Below, in pieces: positions 49,853 through 59,965 of a DNA stretch of 64,000 bases. This DNA comes from an uncultured Gemmatimonadaceae bacterium (GTDB lineage: Bacteria; Gemmatimonadota; Gemmatimonadetes; Gemmatimonadales; Gemmatimonadaceae), in NCBI GenBank assembly GCA_963843845.1, contig CAWJMB010000002.1, positions 640,001 to 704,000 on the forward strand, written 5' to 3'. The notes under the pieces are model-generated. The model had not been told where the DNA came from and searched no databases. It saw nothing but the letters and a program-made list of their open reading frames with translations. A program made the translations under genes and the position numbers. Every line of letters starts with the position of its first letter. Position 1 is the stretch's first letter.

Positions 49853-52609
49853 CTAAGCGGCCGGACCCCGGGGGGCGCGGTCGGCGCCGTGCTCCGCGCT
49901 GCGCGCACGGCGCCGCGTGCGCGGCGAGGCGGCGACGCGCAGCTCGGCGTCGAGTGCCGGGTTGAAGTTCACGGTGTAGGCGCGCAGCACGCGCAGCTCG
50001 TCCCACGACAGCGCCTCGCTCGACTCGACGAGGCGGCGGAGCGCGAGCGGCTCGTGGTCGAAGCGGATGCACTTCGCGGGGTCGAGGCTCGGCGCGATGG
50101 CCTGGTGCAGCCACTGGAGCGGAGGCGTCGGGTCCGACGCGTCCGGGGCACCGTACGTGTCGAGATGCACGAGCATCGTGCGCGTGGCGTACGGCCACTG
50201 GGCGCACAGCGTCAGCCAGCGTACGGTCGCCGCCGGGTCGTCGAGGATCGTGCGGTTCTTCGCCAGCTCGGCCAGCGATCGAACGAGGGCGTAGACGTTC
50301 ACGAGGCGCTTCACGTGGCGCGGGTTCGGCCGCAGCACCGTCGCGACCGCGCGGAACGCTTCGAGCTCGTCGTGGGTGAACGAGAAGGCGACCGGGGGCG
50401 CCGGTGGCTGGCGCAACAGCTCCGCGACGACGTCGACCGTCTGGCCCAGCACGAACCCTGTGCCGGGGGCGACGGCGCCGAGCACCGCGTTGACGCCATC
50501 GAGGGTCTCGTGCGCCGTGCCGGCGAGCGAATCGACGACCTCGTCGGGCAGGTCGATCGGCTTCGACCGGGGAGTGCCGGCGGCGAGGTCCGGGTTCGCC
50601 GTGCGCACCAGCTTCCGCAGCGCGTCGAGCGAGAGTCTCGGCGCGGGCGCTCGGGCCGCGGGTGCGGCCCCGGGCGTCGTCGCGCGCCCGGGGACACCGC
50701 CGCCGCCCCCACTCCGCTCCGGGGTCGGATCGCCGAGCTGCTTGCTGACGAACAGCGCGAGCTCGTCGCCAGTCGGCTCGGGGATGCGGAACGGGATCTG
50801 GATGATCTTGTCGAGATACTCGTAGCCGGTGACGCCGGCCGGGCCCAGCAGCTCCTCGTAGTGCTTCTCGACGGCGGCCGTGACGACGCGCGCGTCGATG
50901 CCCAGCACGACGACGAAGCTGCGGCGGTCGAGGAGCTGGTTGATCGCCTGCAGCACTTCGACGGCCTTGTTCGGCTCGCAGCGATCGAGGTCGTCGATCG
51001 TGATGAGAATGCGGCTGCCTTCGGCCGCGAGCTGGCGATCGACGAGGTCGAGGTCGGCGCGCACCGCCCGCACGAAGTCGCTCTCGGCGCCGTAGCCCGG
51101 GCCGTCGTCGAGGAGTGCGGTGACCCAGCCGCCGAGCGGCGTGAACACCGTGTCGACGATCAGCTTGAGCGCCGCGGCGATCGCGCCGACGAGCGCCGGG
51201 ACCGAGAACTTGTCGTCGGCGAGGTCGATCCCGAACGCGCGCTCGGCGAACGTCTCGGCTGCCGCGGGGCGCAGGTGCTCGAACCCCCACCAGAGCCCGG
51301 CGCCGACGACGAGCATCGCGAGGAGCGACTTCCAGTCGGCTCTGAGCTTGCGCGTGAAGTTGCGCCTGAACTTGCGCCCGACCTGCCGCATCCAGCCGGT
51401 CGGCGTCCACTGCGCGTTGCGCGTGACGCTGTCGAGCACGCGGCGCACGAGTCGTGGCCAGATGTGGTCCGCGGCGTTGTACTCCCACGCGTTGAACGAC
51501 ACGGAGTAGACATACGCGCGCGTGACCGGCTTCTCCTTGCGAACGAAGGTGTCGCGCAGCCAGCGCGCGAACTGCGTGCGGCGCGACGGCCGGAGCGCGC
51601 TGGCGCGGCGCGCGATCTCGTCGGTGAGGTGGCGGAGCAGAAACGACTTGCCCGAGCCCCACGCGCCGAAGATGCCGATCGTGAGCGGCGGGCGCGTGTC
51701 GGGCGAATCGATGAGGTTCGCGAACGCCTGGACGTAGTGCGAGAAGTTGAGTCGGTCGTCGCCCTCGGCCTGATCGTTCGCGGCGCCGCCGCCGGTACCG
51801 CTGCGTGCGCGATTCGCGTCGTCGGGCGCGGGCGCCGCGGGCGCCGCTGGCGCCGGTGGCGCCGGTGGCGCGGGCGTCAGGCGCTCGAACGTCGTGCGTG
51901 GCGGCTCGCCGAGGAGCGCCTCGACGGCGCGGGTGCGCGATCGTGCGGACTCGAGCGAGATCGCGCGGCTCGAGACCTCGGTCGCGATCGCGGAGATGAT
52001 CTGCGTGCCGATGATGCCGCGCTCCGCGTCGAACGCCTGCGCGACGTGACAGTCCCGCACGCCGAGCACGCCGGCGAGCAGGACGGGTGCGGTGATCCGA
52101 CCCGCCTGGGGCGCATCGTCCGGCACCCAGCCGACGACCGCCGCCGCGGCGGAGAGCGCGAGTGCCGCGTGCTCCGAGAGCGGCGGCATCGTCGCGATCG
52201 GACGGGCGGCGGGGAGCACGAGCGCCGGGCGCATCGCGCTGCCACTCGTCGGCGTGACGGCGGGGAGACGCAGCTCGAGGGCGGCCATGCGCTCGCGGAA
52301 GACGTCGACGGAGATCGACGCCGCCTCGAACGTCGCCGTCTGGTGACCGGCGTCCGCGTAGAGGGCGCTCATCAGATGCTCGACGTGCACCTCGTCGTGC
52401 GTGCCGAGCTCGCGCCGCAGTGCGTCCGCGACGCCGACCGCCGTGCGCGCCGAGACGCTGAGCGAGCCGACGAGCGTCTGGAGCGCGGACGGATCGAGCT
52501 CGCGCACGACGAGCGGCGTGCCGGCGCCCGGCGCGTCGCCGAGCGCGTTCAGCGCCGTCCGGGTCGCGTTCGGGATCGCGTCGCTCGGGTCGGTCAGCTC
52601 CTGCACCAC
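49853..52609 (-). CDS. KAP-family P-loop NTPase with N-terminal Clp-N-like repeats
   Basis: DDRLNF, IGIFGAWGSGKS (Walker A), FNAWEY, two inserted TM helices, IDDLDRC (Walker B), YLDKIIQIPF, NPRHVKRLVN. Confidence 0.88.
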   Translation of the reverse strand: MVQELTDPSDAIPNATRTALNALGDAPGAGTPLVVRELDPSALQTLVGSLSVSARTAVGVADALRRELGTHDEVHVEHLMSALYADAGHQTATFEAASISVDVFRERMAALELRLPAVTPTSGSAMRPALVLPAARPIATMPPLSEHAALALSAAAAVVGWVPDDAPQAGRITAPVLLAGVLGVRDCHVAQAFDAERGIIGTQIISAIATEVSSRAISLESARSRTRAVEALLGEPPRTTFERLTPAPPAPPAPAAPAAPAPDDANRARSGTGGGAANDQAEGDDRLNFSHYVQAFANLIDSPDTRPPLTIGIFGAWGSGKSFLLRHLTDEIARRASALRPSRRTQFARWLRDTFVRKEKPVTRAYVYSVSFNAWEYNAADHIWPRLVRRVLDSVTRNAQWTPTGWMRQVGRKFRRNFTRKLRADWKSLLAMLVVGAGLWWGFEHLRPAAAETFAERAFGIDLADDKFSVPALVGAIAAALKLIVDTVFTPLGGWVTALLDDGPGYGAESDFVRAVRADLDLVDRQLAAEGSRILITIDDLDRCEPNKAVEVLQAINQLLDRRSFVVVLGIDARVVTAAVEKHYEELLGPAGVTGYEYLDKIIQIPFRIPEPTGDELALFVSKQLGDPTPERSGGGGGVPGRATTPGAAPAARAPAPRLSLDALRKLVRTANPDLAAGTPRSKPIDLPDEVVDSLAGTAHETLDGVNAVLGAVAPGTGFVLGQTVDVVAELLRQPPAPPVAFSFTHDELEAFRAVATVLRPNPRHVKRLVNVYALVRSLAELAKNRTILDDPAATVRWLTLCAQWPYATRTMLVHLDTYGAPDASDPTPPLQWLHQAIAPSLDPAKCIRFDHEPLALRRLVESSEALSWDELRVLRAYTVNFNPALDAELRVAASPRTRRRARSAEHGADRAPRGPAA

Positions 52610-52848
52610 TCGTCACCTCGACTCGTCACCTCGGAACGTGGCAGCCGGCGTACATCGTGAACCGGCGTCGCTCGTCACGCTAGCGGCGCAGGGCGTCGAT
52701 CGCGACGTCGCCACGGCACGGTGAATGCCTGATGGGGGCGTGCCGGCGACAGTTTCCGGCGCCCCAGCCCGTCGAGCAGGTCGCTCGGCGGGCGACGACG
52801 ACAGGCCGCAGCCGTACCGTCGCTTCATCAGGAGCATTGGAGACCACC

Positions 52849-53712
52849 ATGACGCTTCGCATTCGATTCGCACGTGCTGCCGGCGCGACCCTCGCGCTGT
52901 CGCTCGTCGCCACCGCCGCGTCGGCGCAGACCGACACGACCCGCATCCCGGTTCGCAAAGATCGGCCGGCCACGCCGACGACGCCGACCCCGGTGCGCAA
53001 GGACACGCCGGCCCAGACGCCTGCGCCGACCCCGGCCCCGATGGCGCCGGCGCCGACCATGATGGACACGACCACGACCACGACGACCACGACGACCACG
53101 AGCACGACGATGAGCACCCCCGAGGCGCAGCCGATGCCGATGGCGCGCTCGTATCGCTTCGGGAACGGCGTGTATCTCGGACTCGGCGGCGGCGTGACCT
53201 CGCCGCGCGGGGGCGTCGCGCGGCGCGTGCTGGAAGGCGGCTCCAACTACAACGCCACCGCGTCGGTCGGGTGGGACCCGCAGGACTTCCCGCTCGGCCT
53301 GCGCTTCGACGTGACCTACAACAACTTCAACGGCGGCACGTTCGGCACGCCGGGGAACACGCGGAACTACGACAACTCGAACGCGTTCGCGGCGCTCGCC
53401 CAGGGCAAGTTCCGCCTGCCGTTCGGCCGCCTGCTCGGCTCGACGAGCGGGTTCTACGCGGTCGGCGGCGGCGGCGTGCACCACATCCGCAACTTCCAGA
53501 AGTTCGCGCAGGTGGCGCGCGTGACGACGAACGATGCGAGCATCGACGTGCGGCGCGACAACGTCACGCGCCTCGGCGTGAACGGGGGTGCGGGCTTCGC
53601 GTTCGGCATCGGCAAGACGGAGCTGTTCGTCGAGAGCCGCTACGTGCGGGTCTTCGCGCCGGGCCGCAACATCGACTACGTGCCGTTCACGCTCGGCATC
53701 AACATCTTCTGA
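52849..53712 (+). CDS. Outer-membrane beta-barrel protein (OmpA/OmpW-like) with Pro/Thr-rich N-terminal linker
   Basis: Signal ending ASAQ; poly-Thr; amphipathic strands (YLGLGGG, FYAVGGGG, LFVESRY); terminal Phe. Confidence 0.8.
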   Translation: MTLRIRFARAAGATLALSLVATAASAQTDTTRIPVRKDRPATPTTPTPVRKDTPAQTPAPTPAPMAPAPTMMDTTTTTTTTTTTSTTMSTPEAQPMPMARSYRFGNGVYLGLGGGVTSPRGGVARRVLEGGSNYNATASVGWDPQDFPLGLRFDVTYNNFNGGTFGTPGNTRNYDNSNAFAALAQGKFRLPFGRLLGSTSGFYAVGGGGVHHIRNFQKFAQVARVTTNDASIDVRRDNVTRLGVNGGAGFAFGIGKTELFVESRYVRVFAPGRNIDYVPFTLGINIF

Positions 53713-53910
53713 CGAGCGCCCGACGACGAGCTGCGCGCTGACGCCGCAGCCCGTCGCGACCGATCGGCGATCGCGACGACGACGCCCCGCGTCCTGGCTC
53801 AGTGCCAGGGCGCGGGGCGTTATCTTTCGCGGCTGATTCCGCGCCGCGCTCGCGCCCCGCGCGTGCGCTTCGCGCTCACGTTGCACGACGACACACGAGA
53901 CGTTCACACG

Positions 53911-55583
53911 ATGGCACCGCAGTTCATCTACGTCATGAAGGGCCTGCGCAAGGTGATCCCGCCCAACCGGATCATCCTCGACGACATCTGGCTCTCGTTC
54001 TATCCGGGCGCGAAGATCGGGGTGCTGGGTCCGAACGGCGCGGGCAAGAGCACGCTGCTCCGCATCATGGCCGGCGTCGACCAGGACTTTCAGGGCGAGG
54101 CGTGGGCGCACAAGGGAACGCGCGTCGGCTACCTGTCGCAGGAGCCGCAGCTGGACCCGACGAAGGACGTGCGCGGCAACGTGGAAGAGGCGCTGAAGGA
54201 GCAGCGCGCGAAGCTGACGCGCTTCAACGAGATCAGCGCCGCGTTCGCCGAGCCCGACGCCGACTTCGACCAGCTGCTCGCGGAGCAGGCGAAGGTGCAG
54301 GAGTACATCGACACGCACGACCTCTGGAACCTCGACAACAAGATCGAGATCGCGATGGACGCGCTGCGGCTGCCGCCCGGCGACGCGGACGTGACCACAC
54401 TCTCCGGCGGCGAGCGGCGGCGCGTGGCGCTGTGCCATGTCCTGCTCGAGGAGCCCGACATGCTGCTGCTCGACGAGCCGACGAACCACCTCGACGCGGA
54501 GTCGGTGGCGTGGCTCGAGAAGCACCTCGAGAGCTACCCGGGGACGGTCGTCGCGATCACGCACGACCGCTACTTCCTCGACAACGTCGCGAAGTGGATC
54601 CTCGAGCTCGACCGCGGGCGCGGCGTGCCGTACGAGGGGAACTACTCGGGGTGGCTGGAGCAGAAGCGGCAGCGGCTCGCGCAGGAGGAGAAGTCGGAGT
54701 CGGCGCGGCAGCGCACGCTGGCGCGCGAGCTGGAGTGGGTGCGCATGTCGCCGCGGGCGCGGCAGTCGAAGAGCAAGGCGCGGTTGCAGGCGTACGAGCA
54801 GCTGGCGAGCGAGCAGCAGCAGGAGAAGGTCGCGCAGAACGAGATCGTGATCCCGCCGGCGCCGCGGCTCGGCAACACCGTCGTCGAGACGCGAGCACGT
54901 GAAGAAGGGCTTCGGCGACAGGCTGCTCATCGACGACCTCACGTTCTCGCTGCCGAGGGCCGGCATCGTCGGGATCATCGGGCCGAACGGCGCCGGCAAG
55001 ACGACGTTCTTCAAGATGGTCGCCGGGCAGGAGCCGCCGGACGAGGGCGCGGTGCGGCTCGGCGAGACGGTGGTGCTCGGCTACGTCGACCAGAACCGCA
55101 CGCTGAACCCGACGAACACGGCGTGGCAGGAGATCAGCGGCGGCGTCGGACACGATCATGGTCGGCAAGAAGGAGATGAACACGCGGGCGTACCTGTCGT
55201 CGTTCAACTTCAAGGGCACCGATCAGCAGAAGAAGGTCGGCGACCTGTCGGGCGGCGAGCGGAACCGGCTGCACCTCGCGAAGACGCTGATGACGGGATC
55301 GAACCTGCTGCTGCTCGACGAGCCGACGAACGATCTCGACGTGGACACGCTGCGGGCGCTGGAGGAGGCGCTGCTCGACTTCAGCGGGTGCGCGGTGGTG
55401 ATCTCGCACGATCGGTGGTTCCTGGACCGCGTGGCGACGCACATCCTCGCGTTCGAGGGGAACAGCGAGGTGGTGTGGCACGAGGGGAACTACGGGTCGT
55501 ACATCGAGGATCTGCGGAAGCGGAAGGGGGCGGACGCGGACCAGCCGCACCGGGTCGCGTACAAGAAGCTGGTGCGCGCGTAG
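53911..55583 (+). CDS. ettA: Energy-dependent translational throttle ABC-F protein (apparent frameshifts near 54895 and 55150)
   Basis: [40 protein letters not shown], second cassette [24 protein letters not shown]. Confidence 0.93.
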
Positions 55584-55658
55584 TTACGACGTTCGGCGCG
55601 GCGGACGCCGGAGCACGTTAGGCGCGACTACGGCGCGCAGATCGACCACCCGTGTCAA

Positions 55659-55691
55659 CGGCCCGGCCGACCCGCGAGGGTGGCCGGGCCG
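55659..55691 (+). terminator. Hairpin with GCGA tetraloop after ettA
   Basis: CGGCCCGGCC-GACCC-GCGA-GGGT-GGCCGGGCCG. Confidence 0.5.
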
Positions 55692-55765
55692 CTCGCTGGC
55701 ACAGGCGGAACGCACCCGGAGCGGACGCGTGGTCGGGACTGCCGCGGCGGCTAGATACCTTCACC

Positions 55766-55986
55766 ATGACCGCGCCCGACCGTCGCGCCGCGCGCCGCGC
55801 GGCCCCAGCCCGTGTCTTCCGACTCGGCGAGGAGCCCGGGGACGACGACCTCTCCGTGGTCACGACCGCCGAGCAGCGGCTCGAGATGGTGGCCGAGCTC
55901 TCCCGCCGCATGTGGGAGCTGACGGGCGCGCGACGCCGTCGTATGCGCGCGCGACGATCCCGGTCCGCGTGGTCCGGCGCGGCTGA
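55766..55986 (+). CDS. Small hypothetical protein (antitoxin-like partner of a nucleotidyltransferase; one frameshift near 55930)
   Basis: RVFRLGEEPGDD..TTAEQRLEMVAELSRRMW..YARATIPVRVVRRG. Confidence 0.55.
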
Positions 55987-55993
55987 TCGGCCG

Positions 55994-56083
55994 GTGACCG
56001 ACGACTGGTTCGACCTGCTCACGTCGATCAGCGGCATCCCGGACTTCGCGACGGCGTGGGCGGCGTCAGGTACCCGCGCCTAA
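55994..56083 (+). pseudogene. Internally deleted nucleotidyltransferase-like remnant
   Basis: VTDDWFDLL joined to TSISGIPDFATAW; both resemble distant parts of the family as I recall it. Confidence 0.45.
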
Positions 56084-56169
56084 GCCGGTCACACGCTCAG
56101 GGTTCCGCGCCCGGAGCCTGACTCGCGTCGTCCGCCGGGGGGCCGGCCGACGCCCCGGCACGGCCGCGC

Positions 56170-56562
56170 TCACTCGAGCAGCGCACGCGCTCGCGCCAGC
56201 AGCTCCGCCACGACGGACGGCGGCAGAGCCGCCACCCGGCGAGCGTACCGCGCACGCCAGTCGAGGCATTTCACCTGGTCGGCGAACGCCACGCCCTGCA
56301 CCGGGCACTCGGGAGGGAGCGCGACCTCGAACGGGTACCCCTTCGCCTTCGTCGTCACCGGCACGCAGATCGCCCGCCCGGTCGGCGCGTTGTAGCTCGC
56401 CGGTGAGAGCACCACCGCCGGACGGCGGCCGGCCTGTTCGCGCCCCGCCTGCGGATCGAACTCGAGCCACACGACGTCCCCGCGGTCCGGCACCCACGTC
56501 TCCGGGGCCGCCGCGGCCGCCGTGGACCGCGGGCCCGGAGCGGACGGCGCCGGCGGCGTCAC
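56170..56562 (-). CDS. mazF: MazF/PemK endoribonuclease toxin
   Basis: RGDVVWLEFDPQAGREQAGRRPAVVLS, PVTT..KGYPFEV, DQVKCLDW. Confidence 0.93.
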   Translation of the reverse strand: MTPPAPSAPGPRSTAAAAAPETWVPDRGDVVWLEFDPQAGREQAGRRPAVVLSPASYNAPTGRAICVPVTTKAKGYPFEVALPPECPVQGVAFADQVKCLDWRARYARRVAALPPSVVAELLARARALLE

Positions 56563-56789
56563 CACTGCTCGCCGCCGCGGGGCGCGCCGCCGTCATCGAG
56601 GTCGGGCAGGTTCGCGGGGGTGATCCCGGCCACCAGCTCGGCCAGCGAGAGCACGGGCACGATCACGAGCTGCCCCTCGCGGATCGTCACCTCCACCTCC
56701 GCCCCCTCGTGCAGGCGCGCGTCCACGGCGAGCGCGCTCGGGATTCGCACCCCGAGGCTGTTGCCCCACTTTCGCACCCTCGTCCGCAT
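56559..56789 (-). CDS. mazE: MazE/AbrB antitoxin
   Basis: VRKWGNSLGVRIP..LAELVAGITP..GGEQW; GTGA overlap with mazF. Confidence 0.92.
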   Translation of the reverse strand: MRTRVRKWGNSLGVRIPSALAVDARLHEGAEVEVTIREGQLVIVPVLSLAELVAGITPANLPDLDDGGAPRGGEQW

Positions 56790-56804
56790 CGGCAGCTCCG
56801 GTCG

Positions 56805-56824
56805 GGTATACACATAGTGTATCC
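56805..56824. promoter_or_regulatory. Palindromic mazEF operator overlapping a -10-like TACACT
   Basis: ATACAC-ATA-GTGTAT (56808-56822), AT-rich, just upstream of mazE. Confidence 0.65.
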
Positions 56825-56962
56825 TGCCAGCCGATGGTTTGCCAGACGCGGGCCGGCGGCCGAACGTCCGGGCGTTACCTGGTCCGTGCGTGCGACGGCG
56901 CGCTATGTTGGCGCGCCCGCCGCGTACCAGGCTCCGCCGCCCCGCCGTCCCCGCCCGCCCCC

Positions 56963-57074
56963 GTGACCGACCCCCTGCGCGACCAGCTCCAGACCAGGCT
57001 CGGCGCGAGCAACACGCTCGAGCGCGAGCTCGGCGGCGGCGGGATGAGTCGCGTGTTCGTCGCCGAGGAGGCGG
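56963..57074 (+). pseudogene. 5' fragment of a Ser/Thr kinase gene truncated at the IS
   Basis: VTDPLRDQLQTRLGASNTLERELGGGGMSRVFVAEE; the same motif occurs in the kinase starting at 63620. Confidence 0.75.
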
Positions 57075-57941
57075 TAAAAGCCGCTACCGAAACCTGCTAC
57101 TTGCAGTGGACGCGTGTATGACGCCTCCACTCGTCGTCGACGAACTCTGGCAGATCACTGAGCCGCTGCCGCCGGTCGAACCGCCGAAGCCGAAGGGCGG
57201 CCGCCCCCGCCTCTCGGACCGGAAATGCTTGGCCGGGATTCTCTTCGTGTCAAGACCGGGCTGCCGTGGGAAGACCTTCCGCAGGAGCTGGGCTGCGGCT
57301 CGGGGATGACGTGCTGGCGGCGGCGGCGTGACTGGCAGGAGGCAGCAGGAGGCAGGCGCCTGGAGGGCGTTGCAGCACGCGCTGCTGAACCGCCTTCGTG
57401 ACGCCGACCGGATCGACTGGACGCGGGCCGCGGTCGACGCCTCGACGGTGGCCGCAAACAGGGGGGCGCGGCGACCGGGCCGAATCCGTCGGACCGCGGC
57501 AATCCGGGCATGAAGTGCCCTCTTGTGGTCGACCGCGGCGGTATCCCACTCGCCGAGTGCCTCACCGCGGCGAACGTCAACGAGGTCACCGTCCTCGCCG
57601 AGGTCCTCGACGCCGTCCCGCCGGTCGGCGGACGGGCCGGCCGGCCGCGGCGCCGGCCGGACAGGCTCCACGCCGACACAGGGTATCGCTCGCGGAAGAA
57701 CCAGCGGCTCCACCGCGCGCGCGGCATCCTGAGGCGCGCCGCCCGGCCGACGATCGAGTCGAGTGAGCGCCTGGGGAGGTACCGCTGGGTGGTCGAGCGG
57801 ACGTTCGCGTGGCTGAACCAGATGACGCGCCTCGTGATCCGCTACGCGCGCCGCGCCGACATCCACGACGCGCTCCCCACGTCCGGCGGCTCGGTGATCT
57901 GCTTTCGCTCTCCCGAGCCGACGTGGTGTCCGCGGCTCTAA
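57075..57941 (+). mobile_element. Degenerate IS5-family element (transposase about 57118-57941, split over several frames)
   Basis: DELW..GGRPRLSDRKCLAGILFV..KTGLPWEDLPQELGCGSGMTCWRR, AVDAS, VDRGGIPLA, LHADTGY, RWVVERTFAWL. Weak end similarity TA-AAAGCCGC / GCGGCTC-TA. Confidence 0.85.
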
Positions 57942-58268
57942 GGGCGAGCGATGCATGCCCGAAAAGGCCACCCCGCGATCACCAAGATCGCGGGAGACCC
58001 CAATTCTCCCCGCCGTTGACACGGACCACGTGGCCGCGCGCCCGCTCGCCTACCGTGCGGCGCGCCCGACCTGGGGGCGGCGCGAGCTCCTCGCGTAGCC
58101 GACGCGCCGGCACGCACGCGTCGCCTGGCCGGCAGCGAGCACCGTGAGCGAGTTGCGCGAGCGCTGCGGCCTGGTGCGCCCGCCGATACCCACTCCGCAG
58201 CACCGAGGTGACGCCACCAACCGGCATTGCGCACCGCCGCCCACAGGGATAGAATCTGCAACACATAT

Positions 58269-58285
58269 TTGTTTGTCACTAACAA
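58269..58285. promoter_or_regulatory. Imperfect palindrome, putative MarR operator
   Basis: TTGTTTGTCACTAACAA, 14/17 self-complementary, in an AT-rich patch 10 nt before the marR start. Confidence 0.6.
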
Positions 58286-58295
58286 TGGATGACGT

Positions 58296-58805
58296 GTGGG
58301 TCGTGTTCTCCAACGCCGGATCGGTGCTGCCCACCCCCTGCCGCCGGGCGAGGCGCTGGTGCTGGCCGTCACCGTGGCCGCGGGTGACCTCGGCGCGATG
58401 CTCGAGGACGTACTGGCCGATCACGGCATCACGCCCCGGCAGTACAACGCGCTCCGGATTCTCCGGGGCGCGGGTATGCAGGGCGTCGCGCACGGCGAGA
58501 TCGGGCGGCGCCTTCTCGCGCGAGCGCCGGACGTCACACGGCTGATGGACCAGCTTGTCGGCAGCGGGTGGGCGGCCCGCGCCCGATCCGACGTCGATGC
58601 GCGGGTGGTGTTGCACCGGATCACGGACCGTGGCAGGGAGACGCTGGATACCGTGGCGGCACCGCTGGAAGAGCGCTACGAGTTGCTGCGGGCGCACCTG
58701 GGTGCACGGTCGTCCGAGGCTCTTGTGACACTTTGCGAGCAAATCATCGAGGCCGTAGCGACCCACCCGATAGCGACCGACGCTTCACCCCCCCCGCACC
58801 CATGA
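58296..58805 (+). CDS. MarR family transcriptional regulator
   Basis: GITPRQYNALRILRGA, PDVTRLMDQL, RSDVDARVV..ITDRG. Confidence 0.88.
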   Translation: MGRVLQRRIGAAHPLPPGEALVLAVTVAAGDLGAMLEDVLADHGITPRQYNALRILRGAGMQGVAHGEIGRRLLARAPDVTRLMDQLVGSGWAARARSDVDARVVLHRITDRGRETLDTVAAPLEERYELLRAHLGARSSEALVTLCEQIIEAVATHPIATDASPPPHP

Positions 58806-59965
58806 GCCGAGTCCGCATGCGCGAAACGTTCATGAAGCAGGCTTCCTCGATCCGCCGCGGGCCGACCGTTGCGACGCCCGGCGTCGCGAGGCGTCTCTCG
58901 GCCGCGCTGGTTCCGCCTCTGGGCCTCGCCTTCGTCGCGCTGGGTGGCACGAAGCTCCATGCCCAGGAGTGGATCGCGCGGCGATTCGCCGACTGGGGGC
59001 TCGCCCCCGCCTTCCTGGGCACCGCGGGCGCCATCGAGGTCGCACTCGGGCTGCTGCTCTTCTTCGGCCCGGCGCGACGCTTCGGCGCCGCCGGACTCGT
59101 CGTGTGGATGGCGGGCGCCATCTGGACGCATGCGCGGACAGGCGTGCCCGGCGAGGCAGTCGTACCCGCTGTATTGCTCGTGTGCTTCGGGGTCGTCGCG
59201 ACTCGCGAGTTCCGCCAGCATGGATGGAGCGTGCCGCGGCCGCCAGTCCCATTGCGAGCGCCGCCGACGCGACCGCTCGCGGGATTGCTGTTCGTCGTGC
59301 AGCTCGTGGGCGTCTCGTTCCTGATCCGCTGGGCCGTCGGCGGCAGTGTCTTCTGGGCGGCGCTCCCCGTGCTCGCGGTCGGACACGCCTGGACTGAGGC
59401 GGCGACGCGCGACGCGCGGCGGCTCGTCGACCTTGTCCTGCTCCATCTCCTCGTGCTGGGCGTGGGCGTCGGGAGCGTCTACGGATTCGTCGGCCACTAC
59501 TTCATGTCCGACGCGGTCGCGGCATCGGTGGGCTGGGCGACGGGAAGCCCCTTCCAGCGGGAGCTCGGGTTCTACCACCTGGGCTTCGGGATCAGTGGTC
59601 TACTCGCCCTCTGGCTGCGGGACGACTTCTGGCTCGCGGTGGGGCTGACCTGTTCGATCTTCCTCTACGGCGCGGGCTGGGTGCACCTTACCGAGTTCCT
59701 GGGGTCCGGCAACGTGGCGCCGCGGAACTGGGGGTTCGGGGTCGCGTTCGGGAACGTCGTCCTGCCGACCGTGATGCTCGCGCTCCTGGCGATTCGACTT
59801 CGTCTACGCCCGCACGACCCGGACGCCGGGACGCGATCCCGAGATGCTGTACGCGATTCCGTAGGTGATGCGAAGGCGCGCCCGCATGACCGCCGGGGCT
59901 CAGGCACTGGAACGGGCCCGTCGAGACGTACGCCCCTCCTCACACTCCACCCGAACGTCTCATGA
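58802..59965 (+). CDS. Membrane protein: DoxX-like N-terminal domain fused to a second multi-TM domain
   Basis: GGTKL..FADWG..GAIEV..MAGAIWTH; then FVGH..VAASVGW..SPFQRELG. ATGA overlaps at both ends. Confidence 0.7.
   Translation: MSRVRMRETFMKQASSIRRGPTVATPGVARRLSAALVPPLGLAFVALGGTKLHAQEWIARRFADWGLAPAFLGTAGAIEVALGLLLFFGPARRFGAAGLVVWMAGAIWTHARTGVPGEAVVPAVLLVCFGVVATREFRQHGWSVPRPPVPLRAPPTRPLAGLLFVVQLVGVSFLIRWAVGGSVFWAALPVLAVGHAWTEAATRDARRLVDLVLLHLLVLGVGVGSVYGFVGHYFMSDAVAASVGWATGSPFQRELGFYHLGFGISGLLALWLRDDFWLAVGLTCSIFLYGAGWVHLTEFLGSGNVAPRNWGFGVAFGNVVLPTVMLALLAIRLRLRPHDPDAGTRSRDAVRDSVGDAKARPHDRRGSGTGTGPSRRTPLLTLHPNVS

Noticed and set aside
48562..52609. KAP NTPase-ccdA-tlpA as one functional operon
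   Set aside because: Despite the 11-nt gap, a TAGACT -10-like box just before ccdA suggests it has its own promoter, so linkage is unsupported.
57455..57466. Active programmed -1 frameshift in the IS5 transposase
   Set aside because: The site reads AAACAGGGGGG rather than a clean A-run, and the element has further frame breaks, so it is probably inactive.
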